Positions 25,166 through 32,796 of a DNA stretch of 32,796 nucleotides are shown here, one piece after another. The stretch is from an uncultured Acidobacteriota bacterium. GTDB lineage: Bacteria > Acidobacteriota > Vicinamibacteria > Vicinamibacterales > UBA8438. The notes under the pieces were generated by a model, which saw only the letters and a program-made list of their open reading frames with translations, had not been told where the DNA came from and ran no database searches. Numbering within the stretch: the first letter of the stretch is position 1; every line of letters starts with the position of its first letter. The stretch lies in contig CAJWLU010000031.1 in NCBI GenBank assembly GCA_913043225.1, positions 1 to 32,796 of the forward strand. Reading direction: 5' to 3'. The translations under genes and the position numbers were made by a program.

Positions 25166-28015
25166 TCAGTACCTGAACAAGTACGAGATCTTCGTGAAGA
25201 AGGCGCGGTTGGTGCGCGCGAAGTCGCTAGTGAGATAGACCTCCTCACCATCGTCATCGAACAGAAGATTGCCCGCCTGGTAGCGGTCGTCGTAGCCAAT
25301 GAAGAAGACGGTGCCGGAGTTGACCCGGTAGGTCAGCAGCAGGTTCGCGCCCAGCGTCTTGCTGAAGGAGTTGTGCTCCATTATGTTGCGGAGCAACAGC
25401 CGATCGGTGAACTGATAGGTGGTCAGCGCCCGGTAGATCTTCACGTCAAAGATCTGTGCCTGCCCTTCAGGATCAACTAGTCGACTGGTATTCAGGTTGA
25501 TCTGTGACTGCAGCCGGCTGAACGGACGGAGCGACATGAACAGTCGCCCGGAAGACCCGGCACCAAGGAACGGTACGGTGCTGAAGCGAACCTGATCGCC
25601 CCAATTGTAGCTGCCTCCTAAGGAGAACAGCCGGCTGGTCGAAACATTCCCGCCAATCGACTGTCGTGTCTTGTCGAAGTTAATCCCGCCGAACCGCTCC
25701 ATCTCCCTGCGGACGTCGCCATAAACAGACAAGTTCCTGGCAAACGACACTCGCATGCGCAGCCGCGACTCCTCGTCTTCGAGGACGTCCTCAAAGTTCC
25801 AGTTACGGCTGTACTGGAATTCTGGTCCCCAGTTGATGATCCAGCTCTCCGGCCACCACCGGTAGCCGACGCTACTTGAAATGCGCCGGATATCTCGGCG
25901 GCGTATGAAACCGACCTCCGTGTCGAACTCTGGATCGAGCTGATACAACGAGACCCGGTAGCTCAGGTTGCGACCGTTGCTCCTTAAACCACCATCGAGC
26001 ATCGGACCACCTGTGCGGTTTCCGTCCAAGTCCTGGTTGACTGTGGTCAGGGCCGCAAAATCGACCGACGTCGTGGGTGAGATCTGGAAGCGACTGTCGA
26101 CCCCGGCCAGGCGGCTGTAGGAGCCGAGAAACTCGCGGTCGGTGACCACCGCACCGACGTGCGACTGGGAATACAGGTCGTAGCGCACCCGCCCGATGAG
26201 CGTGTTGGCACTCTTACCGAAGCCGCGCTCGGTCGGGTCGTCGAGTTTGCCCGGGGCTTCGTCGTTGGCGAACAAGAAGCCCATGGTGGTCTTGCCCACC
26301 TTGCCCGTAATCTTCCCCCCATAGCGCGGGTCCACAATGGTCCGAGTGTTGATGAACGTCACCGGTCCCTGGATGTCGAAGATCTCCTGCCCTTCGAGGA
26401 AGAAGGGTCGTAGCTCGGAGTAAAAGAGAGGGAACCGCTGATTCACCTCAATCTGGGGCCGGTCCGACTCGATCTGGGAGAAGTCTGGGTTATAGGTGAA
26501 GTCGAGCGTTAGGTTTGGCGTGAGCCCGTACTTCAGGTTGACGCCGCCTTCCGGCTGACTCTCCTCCTCGAACCCGCGGGTGGACCGATTCAACGATCCG
26601 GCCTGAATAGCTGTGACGGTCGGGAGAATCTCCAGGTTCCGGCTCGTGGATAGACCAGATAACCCGTCAAGGAGCCCCATCTGCGGTAGGAAGCCCGAGA
26701 CGTCGCGGGAGACCGGCGCCCAGACCACCGTCTCGTCTTTACCCCGGATCGACCTGGCGATTTGGAAGCCCCAGCGATGGGCATCGCCAGCGGGATAACG
26801 CAAACTCTTGAAGGGAATGGCAAGCTCTGCCGTCCAGCCATCGTCGACCAGGACACCACCTGACTCGAAAAGGGCGTCCCACGAACGGTCGCCCCACGGG
26901 ACACCGCTAAAGCCACCCCGGAACCCTCCGCCGGAGCTACCCGCCATCAACGAATCGCCCTGCACCCCGTAGCCGTTGATGGTGAATACGAAGGCCCGTT
27001 GCTGATCGAGGAACGTATCGAAGTACACCGAAATGGTGTCGTCGCCGAAAAAAGCCTGGTCACGGTCTACGCGGTTGGCGCGCACCATGCCTGAGTTCGA
27101 GTAGTGGGCATACATGCCCAGATACAGGGTGTCGCTGTCGTAGGCGATGAAGATCTCGGTGTCCTCGGTCGCCAGCGCACCCTCGACCGGCGCAACCTGG
27201 ACGAAGTCGGTCACTCGAACGGCGCTATTCCAGACCGGGTCGTCCAGCAGGCCATCAATGGTCGGTGCATCCGGCGTTCGGGTCGCGACTACACTGGGCC
27301 GCCCTGTCAGGATGCCGGCGGCGGCCGCGGCTACGGGTAACGACTCCGCCCGTCTTCTCCCGCCTCGACCGGCCTTGGGCACGGCCTCCGGTAACACGAT
27401 GCCCCCGGTGACCGGACCCGGGGAGGGTTGACGGGGCGGTGGCGAGAACCCCAGTCCTTCTCCCTCACCCTCTGCGCTGCCGTCGGGCACCAACTCGGCA
27501 GCCAGCGTCGGCTCACTTCGAGCCACCGCCGGAACACTAGTCACACCAGCTAACAGGCCCGCCACGAGTTGATCCTGCAAGTCGAAGATTTCGTTGATGG
27601 GTCCGTCGGCGGTCAAGGTCTCGACCACCCGCGCGGAGCGCGCATCGACGAGCCGCGCCGTGATTCGGAGCATCGGACCAACGCGTTGGTAGCCGCCGAT
27701 CACAGCCCAACGAGCGTCCACCATCTGAGCCAGTTGGACGGCCCGACCGGTGTCCGGCAACGCGGACAGACTGTCGCCGGTCGGCGAGGCGACCGTCTCC
27801 CGGCCCACAACGGAAAGCCCGCCCAGCGACTGCAGGTCGGAAGCGACGGTCTCGGCGATCCCGTCGCCGATCCAGTCGTCGTTCGGGTCCTGAGAGATAT
27901 TGGAGAACCTAGCCACGAGCACCGACTGGTCCGCCTCGCGCACGGGCTGTGCCACAACGGGAATTGCGACGACCAACAGCGCAGAGAAAGAAGATACAAG
28001 CCGGCGAGTGGTCAT
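25166..28015 (-). CDS. Outer-membrane protein: TolB-N/FlgO-like domain + CBM9-like domain + DUF5916-like barrel (paralog 2)
   Basis: Signal peptide from ATG 28015; FSNIS..DDWIGDGIAET; PTIDGLLDDPVW; NPDFSQIESD, ELRPFFLEG; C-terminal KISYLFRY. Confidence 0.8.
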   Translation of the reverse strand: MTTRRLVSSFSALLVVAIPVVAQPVREADQSVLVARFSNISQDPNDDWIGDGIAETVASDLQSLGGLSVVGRETVASPTGDSLSALPDTGRAVQLAQMVDARWAVIGGYQRVGPMLRITARLVDARSARVVETLTADGPINEIFDLQDQLVAGLLAGVTSVPAVARSEPTLAAELVPDGSAEGEGEGLGFSPPPRQPSPGPVTGGIVLPEAVPKAGRGGRRRAESLPVAAAAAGILTGRPSVVATRTPDAPTIDGLLDDPVWNSAVRVTDFVQVAPVEGALATEDTEIFIAYDSDTLYLGMYAHYSNSGMVRANRVDRDQAFFGDDTISVYFDTFLDQQRAFVFTINGYGVQGDSLMAGSSGGGFRGGFSGVPWGDRSWDALFESGGVLVDDGWTAELAIPFKSLRYPAGDAHRWGFQIARSIRGKDETVVWAPVSRDVSGFLPQMGLLDGLSGLSTSRNLEILPTVTAIQAGSLNRSTRGFEEESQPEGGVNLKYGLTPNLTLDFTYNPDFSQIESDRPQIEVNQRFPLFYSELRPFFLEGQEIFDIQGPVTFINTRTIVDPRYGGKITGKVGKTTMGFLFANDEAPGKLDDPTERGFGKSANTLIGRVRYDLYSQSHVGAVVTDREFLGSYSRLAGVDSRFQISPTTSVDFAALTTVNQDLDGNRTGGPMLDGGLRSNGRNLSYRVSLYQLDPEFDTEVGFIRRRDIRRISSSVGYRWWPESWIINWGPEFQYSRNWNFEDVLEDEESRLRMRVSFARNLSVYGDVRREMERFGGINFDKTRQSIGGNVSTSRLFSLGGSYNWGDQVRFSTVPFLGAGSSGRLFMSLRPFSRLQSQINLNTSRLVDPEGQAQIFDVKIYRALTTYQFTDRLLLRNIMEHNSFSKTLGANLLLTYRVNSGTVFFIGYDDRYQAGNLLFDDDGEEVYLTSDFARTNRAFFTKISYLFRY

Positions 28016-28156
28016 ACTGGTCTTGACGACTGACCGTGGCCCATCGATATGGGCAGCAGCAGGTAACATCGAGGCACCGACAAGCCCCGATATTACTATA
28101 CGCAATAGTCCCCACCGGCATTTACCGGGTAGGACCGCCCAGGCACCTGAACCGAA

Positions 28157-31129
28157 TCAGTACCTGAAGAGGTAAGAAATCTTGGTAAAGAATGCGCGGT
28201 TGGTCCGCACCAGGTCGGTCGTGAACAACTCCTGGTTGCCGAAGTAAGCCAGGTCGTTCCCGTCGTCGAGAATCAGGTCGCCCTGTTGGTACCGGTCGTC
28301 ATAGCCAATAAAGAACACCGTCCCGGAGTTGACCCGGTAGGTGAAGAGCACGTTAGCCCCGACGGTCTTGCTGAAGGTGTTGTACTCGAGAATGTTGCGC
28401 AGGAGCAGCCGGTCGGTGAACTGGTAGGTGTTCAGAGCGCGGTAGATCTTGACGTCGAACACCTCGGTCTCGTCGAACGGATCAATCAGCCGACTGGTGG
28501 TGATGTTGATCTGCGACTGAAGGCGATTGAGCGGACGCACCGTTAGGAACACTCTGCCCTGGGAGCCGGAGCCCAGAAACGGCGCCGTCCCGAAGAACAC
28601 TTGATCGCCGTAGCTGAAGAACCCCCCCACCGAGAGCTTGTTGAACGTGCTCACGAACAGGTTGGTACTGTAGCGGGTCTTGTCGAAGTTGATCCCGCCG
28701 AACCGCTCCATATCCCGATTCACCGACGTCCCGAACCGGATGTTCTTGGCGAACGAGAAGTTGACGCCGAGCTGGCGTACTTCGTCCTCGAGGATGTCCT
28801 CAAAGTTGTAGTTGCGGGTGTAAAGGGCCTCGGGTCCCCAGTTGATGAGCCAGCTCTCGGGCCACCACCGATAGCCAACCTGGCCGCCGAGCAGACGGAT
28901 ATCACGCCGGCGAACGAACCCCACCGCCGAATCGAACTCTGGATCGATACTGTAGCCGCCGAGCGAATAACTCAGGTTCCGTCCCTGACTGGTCAGCACC
29001 GCGTCGAACATCTCGCCGCTCGTGTCGAGATCGCTGAGGTCGCGGTTCTGCGAGCCGATGGCACGGAACCCGAACGAGGTCGAATCATTGAGCCGGAAGT
29101 TACCGTCCACGCCGCCCAACCGGCTGTGTCCGGACAGGAACTCGCGGTCGGTGACAATCGCCCCCAGGTACGACTCAGCGTACAGGTCGTAGCGCACCCG
29201 GCCCATGAGCACGTTGGCGGTCTTGCCGAACGCCGGGTCGCTGGAATCGTCGAGGTTCCCCGGCGCCTCGTCGTTGGCGAACAACAACCCAAGCGTGGTG
29301 TTCCCGATCTTGCCCGTGACCTTAGCGCCGTAGCGAGGGTCAACGATGGTCCGGGTATTCACGAAGTTCACCGGCCCAGGCACACTGAAGATCTCTTGGC
29401 CTTCAAGAAAGAAGGGGCGGAGCTCGGGGAAAAACAGCGGGAATCGCTGGTTTACTTCGATCTGGGGCCGATCAGATTCGATCTGAGAGAAATCAGGGTT
29501 ATAGGTGAAGTCCAGAGTGAGATTCGACGTGAGCCCGTACTTGAGATTGATCCCGCCTTCGGGCTGCGACTCGGTCGGGAACGCGGCCGTGCTCTGGTCC
29601 AGCCTACCCGCCTGGATGGCAGTGACCGTAGGCAGGATCTCGAGGTTACGGCTGGTCGACAGTCCGGTCATTCCGTCGAGGAGCCCCATCTGCGGAAGGA
29701 AACCTGATACGTCCCGGGAGATCGGCGACCACACCACGGTCTCGTCCTTGTCCCGGATCCGTCTGGTGATCTGGAATCCCCACCGATGGGCCTGATCGCC
29801 CACGACCGGATAACGGAGGCTCTTGAAGGGAATCGCCATCTCGGCCGTCCAACCATCGGCCACCAATATGCCGCCAGATTCGAAGAGCGCGTCCCACGAT
29901 CGATCGCCCGTCGGCACTCCGCTAAACCCGCTCCGGCCACCTGAGAATCCGCCGCCCCGGCCGCCGCCCCGGCTGCCGCCCCGGCTCCCGCCACCGCCAC
30001 CCGTGTCTAGCAAGGAGTCGCCCTGCACCCCGTAGCCGTTGATTGAGAAGACGTAGGCTCGCTGCTGGTCCAGAAAGGTGTCGAAGTAGATGTTGATGGT
30101 GTCGTCGTAGTAAGAAGCCTGATCGCGATCAACCCGGTTGGCGCGGACTGTTCCGGGATCGGAATAGTGGGCGTACAACCCGAAGTAGATGTGGTCATCG
30201 TCGTAGGCGATGAGGACTTCCGTCTCTTCGGTCGCGGGTGCGCCCTCCAGCGGACTCTGCTGGACGAACTCGGTGATGCGGACGGCCTGTTGCCACACGG
30301 CGTCGTCCAGGATTCCGTCAATGATGGGGGACTCCGGGGTACGGATGAGACTCACGCTCGGCCGGTCGGTGAGGATGCCCGCCGACACGCCTGGAGCGAC
30401 AGCTGCCGCCCCCCCGGGCCGACCTGGTCCGGCCGCCTCCAAAGCGTCAGGACCATCCGGCAGGACGATGGTGCCGCTGACCTCGTCTTGTGTCAGCTGC
30501 GGATCCCCCTCGGCCCCTGTGCCGACGGACGGCGAGAACGGTTGAGTACGGGCACCCTCCCCCCTATCCGCCACGCTCGGAGTCTGGCGGACGGGAGCTG
30601 GCGCGTCACTCGACCCGGCCACAGTCAGCTCGGTGGCGATCCGATCTTGCAGCGCAAACAGGTCGTCGAGCTTTCCATCGGCCTTCACCGTACGGGTCAC
30701 CACCTGAGCGACCGGATCGATCAGGCGCGCGGTGATTCGCAGCTGATCCCCAAGCCGCTGATAGCCACCGGCGATCACCCACCGCACCCCAAGTTGCCGG
30801 CCCAGGCTCACGGTCGCGGCGGCATCGAGTTCGGTCCCGTCGGCCACGGCGAGGACCCGCTCGGGCGCGGTCACACTCCAGCCGGACCTAGCTTGGAGGT
30901 CCGCCAAGAGAGTCTCGGCGATCCCGTCCCCGATCCAATCGTCCTCAGCCTGACCTGAGATGTTGATGAACGGCAGCACGGCGACGTCGCCACCGTCGAC
31001 GACCGAGACGGCAGCGGCGGGTGCGCTAGTCTGGGGAGACGGAGCCGCGCCCGGCTGAGCGATCGCGCTGAGTGAAGACACCAGCAACGTCGTGGCCAGA
31101 GTGAACCAACCGGTACGCATCAACGGCAT
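28157..31129 (-). CDS. Outer-membrane protein: TolB-N/FlgO-like domain + CBM9-like domain + DUF5916-like barrel (paralog 1)
   Basis: VAVLPFINISGQAEDDWIGDGIAET; PIIDGILDDAVW; same barrel motifs and the same C-terminal TNRAFFTKISYLFRY. Confidence 0.8.
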   Translation of the reverse strand: MPLMRTGWFTLATTLLVSSLSAIAQPGAAPSPQTSAPAAAVSVVDGGDVAVLPFINISGQAEDDWIGDGIAETLLADLQARSGWSVTAPERVLAVADGTELDAAATVSLGRQLGVRWVIAGGYQRLGDQLRITARLIDPVAQVVTRTVKADGKLDDLFALQDRIATELTVAGSSDAPAPVRQTPSVADRGEGARTQPFSPSVGTGAEGDPQLTQDEVSGTIVLPDGPDALEAAGPGRPGGAAAVAPGVSAGILTDRPSVSLIRTPESPIIDGILDDAVWQQAVRITEFVQQSPLEGAPATEETEVLIAYDDDHIYFGLYAHYSDPGTVRANRVDRDQASYYDDTINIYFDTFLDQQRAYVFSINGYGVQGDSLLDTGGGGGSRGGSRGGGRGGGFSGGRSGFSGVPTGDRSWDALFESGGILVADGWTAEMAIPFKSLRYPVVGDQAHRWGFQITRRIRDKDETVVWSPISRDVSGFLPQMGLLDGMTGLSTSRNLEILPTVTAIQAGRLDQSTAAFPTESQPEGGINLKYGLTSNLTLDFTYNPDFSQIESDRPQIEVNQRFPLFFPELRPFFLEGQEIFSVPGPVNFVNTRTIVDPRYGAKVTGKIGNTTLGLLFANDEAPGNLDDSSDPAFGKTANVLMGRVRYDLYAESYLGAIVTDREFLSGHSRLGGVDGNFRLNDSTSFGFRAIGSQNRDLSDLDTSGEMFDAVLTSQGRNLSYSLGGYSIDPEFDSAVGFVRRRDIRLLGGQVGYRWWPESWLINWGPEALYTRNYNFEDILEDEVRQLGVNFSFAKNIRFGTSVNRDMERFGGINFDKTRYSTNLFVSTFNKLSVGGFFSYGDQVFFGTAPFLGSGSQGRVFLTVRPLNRLQSQINITTSRLIDPFDETEVFDVKIYRALNTYQFTDRLLLRNILEYNTFSKTVGANVLFTYRVNSGTVFFIGYDDRYQQGDLILDDGNDLAYFGNQELFTTDLVRTNRAFFTKISYLFRY
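29949..29984. repeat. Three 12-nt tandem units encoding an RGG-rich loop
   Basis: ccgccgccccgg, ccgccgccccgg, ctgccgccccgg. Confidence 0.6.
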
Positions 31130-31231
31130 GACTCCAAACGAAGCTCAAGCGAACAGACCGAGGCCGCCACCGCCGGCCCGCATCTCGCCGAGAAACACCG
31201 ACTAAACAGACGCCGCCCTAGCGTGCTTCGT

Positions 31232-32182
31232 TTACGACTCAAGGCGATCCAGAACCTGCTGAGCCATCGCCGCGCCCCCGATCTGCGTCTGAGCCTCATC
31301 GACCACCAAGTCGGCCGTCCGGTGACCAGCGACCAACGTGTCGCCGATGGCCCGGTCGATCGCATCGGCCTCGGCGGCCAATCCGAGAGAGTGCCGGAGC
31401 AGCATGGCGCCCGAGGCGATCGCGCCGATCGGGTTCGCTATGTCCTGACCCGCGATGGTCGGCGCCGACCCATGTACCGGCTCGTAGAGTCCCCCCCGGT
31501 CACCAAGGCTCGCCGAGGGCAGCAGCCCAAGCGAGCCGGCCACAGCGCCTGCCTCGTCGGAGATGATGTCGCCGAACAAATTGCCCGAGAGCAGAACGTC
31601 GAACTGCTTGGGGTTGGTCGCCACCAGGAGCGCGCAGGAATCGACGTATTGATGGCGGAGCTCGACGTCCGGATAGCGGATGGCGACGTCATCGAGGTGA
31701 CGGGGGAGCGTGCACTTTAGCGGCGCCTGGGCAACAAAGGTCGTGCCCGTATGGAGGAGGACCGGCAAGCCGTAGCGTGTTGCGTACGACCAGAGATCAT
31801 CGAGTTCGGGATCGCACGGCCTGAAGCCGGCATACATGGAGAGTAGCTTGATACCGCGCAGCTTCAGGTTCCGGTGGCCGCGTTCCAGGTCGTCCCTCCA
31901 TCCCTCCTGGGTCGGGTCAATGGACAGAAAGCCGATCAGGTTGTCGCGATGCCGGGCGACATAGTCAGCGACGTAATCATCTTCCACCCACAGGCCGCTA
32001 AGCTTTGCCTTGCCGCCGAAAACGATGGTTTTCACCTCTTCAGATGAGTGGCGCGCGTAGTTTTCGAAGCGGACAGTCAGGTCGAGGTCGTGTCTCCCCC
32101 ACGCGGTCGTCGCCTGGTCTCTGAAATCGGGACCGAAGTGCCGGGGATATTCCCACGCGTGACTGTGGACGTCTATGATCAC
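31232..32182 (-). pseudogene. In-frame chimera: amidohydrolase-family N-terminal half joined to the C-terminal part of 3-isopropylmalate dehydrogenase (LeuB)
   Basis: [20 protein letters not shown] (amidohydrolase), then [48 protein letters not shown] (LeuB); both halves are incomplete. Confidence 0.85.
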
Positions 32183-32629
32183 GGCACGATAATCCTGTTG
32201 CTGTACATGGGGGCTGGGTTGGGCAGATAAGCGGTCATTATTGATCCTGTTTCAAGGAGTGAAAACGGTCCCCGTTCCGGTTATGGAGCGGTCGATTAGA
32301 TAGCCGAAGACAGCACAGATCTCTGTGTCATCTGTAGGTGTCACACTCGTATTATCAGCCGGCGTCACCTCAGCGGTACCGTGTCGATAACCGGGCCAGA
32401 GGACAGGCAGGCCTGTCTTCGCGGGAACGGCGACGGTTGGGGTTTTCATCTCGGAAGACGATGGCTTTTCATGGATTGATCTCAATACTGGACTCATCGT
32501 GACGACCGTCAACGCCCTCGCTCAAATCCCATGTTGTAGTTCTTATCCCAAACAGCGAAGCAAAAACGCTTTGGTGTGACTCCAGAATAAGTGGATGGTC
32601 AGTTAGCCAGGTAGAGCAGTAGCGAGGCG

Positions 32630-32794
32630 TCACCCGAGCTTCTTGCGTCGAACGACCGTAGTTGTTGCATTGCTAGAATCGGAGCCACCGGATTTCCCAA
32701 ATGCAGCCAATGTGCTGTGAATGGCTGTCGCCTCATCTGAAGCAAGACCACAAATTTGAGCGATTTCGCCAGGGGTGAGAATCTTTACATCATC
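32630..32794 (-). CDS. 3' end of an unknown gene running in from the window edge (helix-hairpin-helix-like tail)
   Basis: Open frame DDVKILTPGEIAQICGLASDEATAIHSTLAAFGK...RRKKLG*; AT-richer than the backbone. Confidence 0.4.
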   Translation of the reverse strand, partial: DDVKILTPGEIAQICGLASDEATAIHSTLAAFGKSGGSDSSNATTTVVRRKKLG

Positions 32795-32796
32795 CC

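Noticed and set aside
28601..30958. Long + strand ORFs (368 aa, 263 aa) and similar antisense ORFs elsewhere, such as 24197-25144
   Set aside because: Antisense shadows of high-GC genes with strong family motifs on the other strand.
32252..32512. 86-aa minus-strand ORF
   Set aside because: No recognisable motif or convincing start; left uncalled.
1..32796. CRISPR array, rRNA or IS element
   Set aside because: No regularly spaced repeats, rRNA-like sequence or transposase motifs were seen.

Overview
High-GC bacterial backbone. The gene style suggests Acidobacteriota or a similar environmental lineage, but that is inference only. It is interrupted by two tRNA-anchored accessory regions. (1) Left end: a decayed integrative element at tRNA-Gln(CTG), carrying a large-serine-recombinase C-terminal remnant, a truncated type I R-M hsdM and AT-rich cargo genes. 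(2) 11102-22547: an AT-richer island bounded by tRNA-Ser(GCT) and a 27/29-nt copy of its 3' end. It carries a 1265-aa carbamoyltransferase-methyltransferase fusion and a ulosonic-acid/surface-glycan cluster (Fe-ADH, GT2, DegT aminotransferase, NeuB-cytidylyltransferase fusion, LIC12162-type protein). The backbone encodes a rhomboid protease, ArsC, a 2-hydroxyacid dehydrogenase, a HEAT-RNA methyltransferase fusion, an M24 peptidase, a PQQ sugar dehydrogenase, two tandem DUF5916-like outer-membrane paralogs and an amidohydrolase/LeuB chimera. The best novelty candidate is the coupled gene pair at 8333-10983. The first gene is a polytopic membrane protein with both PmoC/AmoC-type copper-site motifs at the right spacing (D-x3-H-x12-H and D-x3-H-x13-H). 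The second is an exported, His-rich protein with a predicted N-terminal His and a PmoB-like topology. Together they may be an undescribed copper membrane monooxygenase-like or copper-handling system. All calls come from motif recognition, without database searches.
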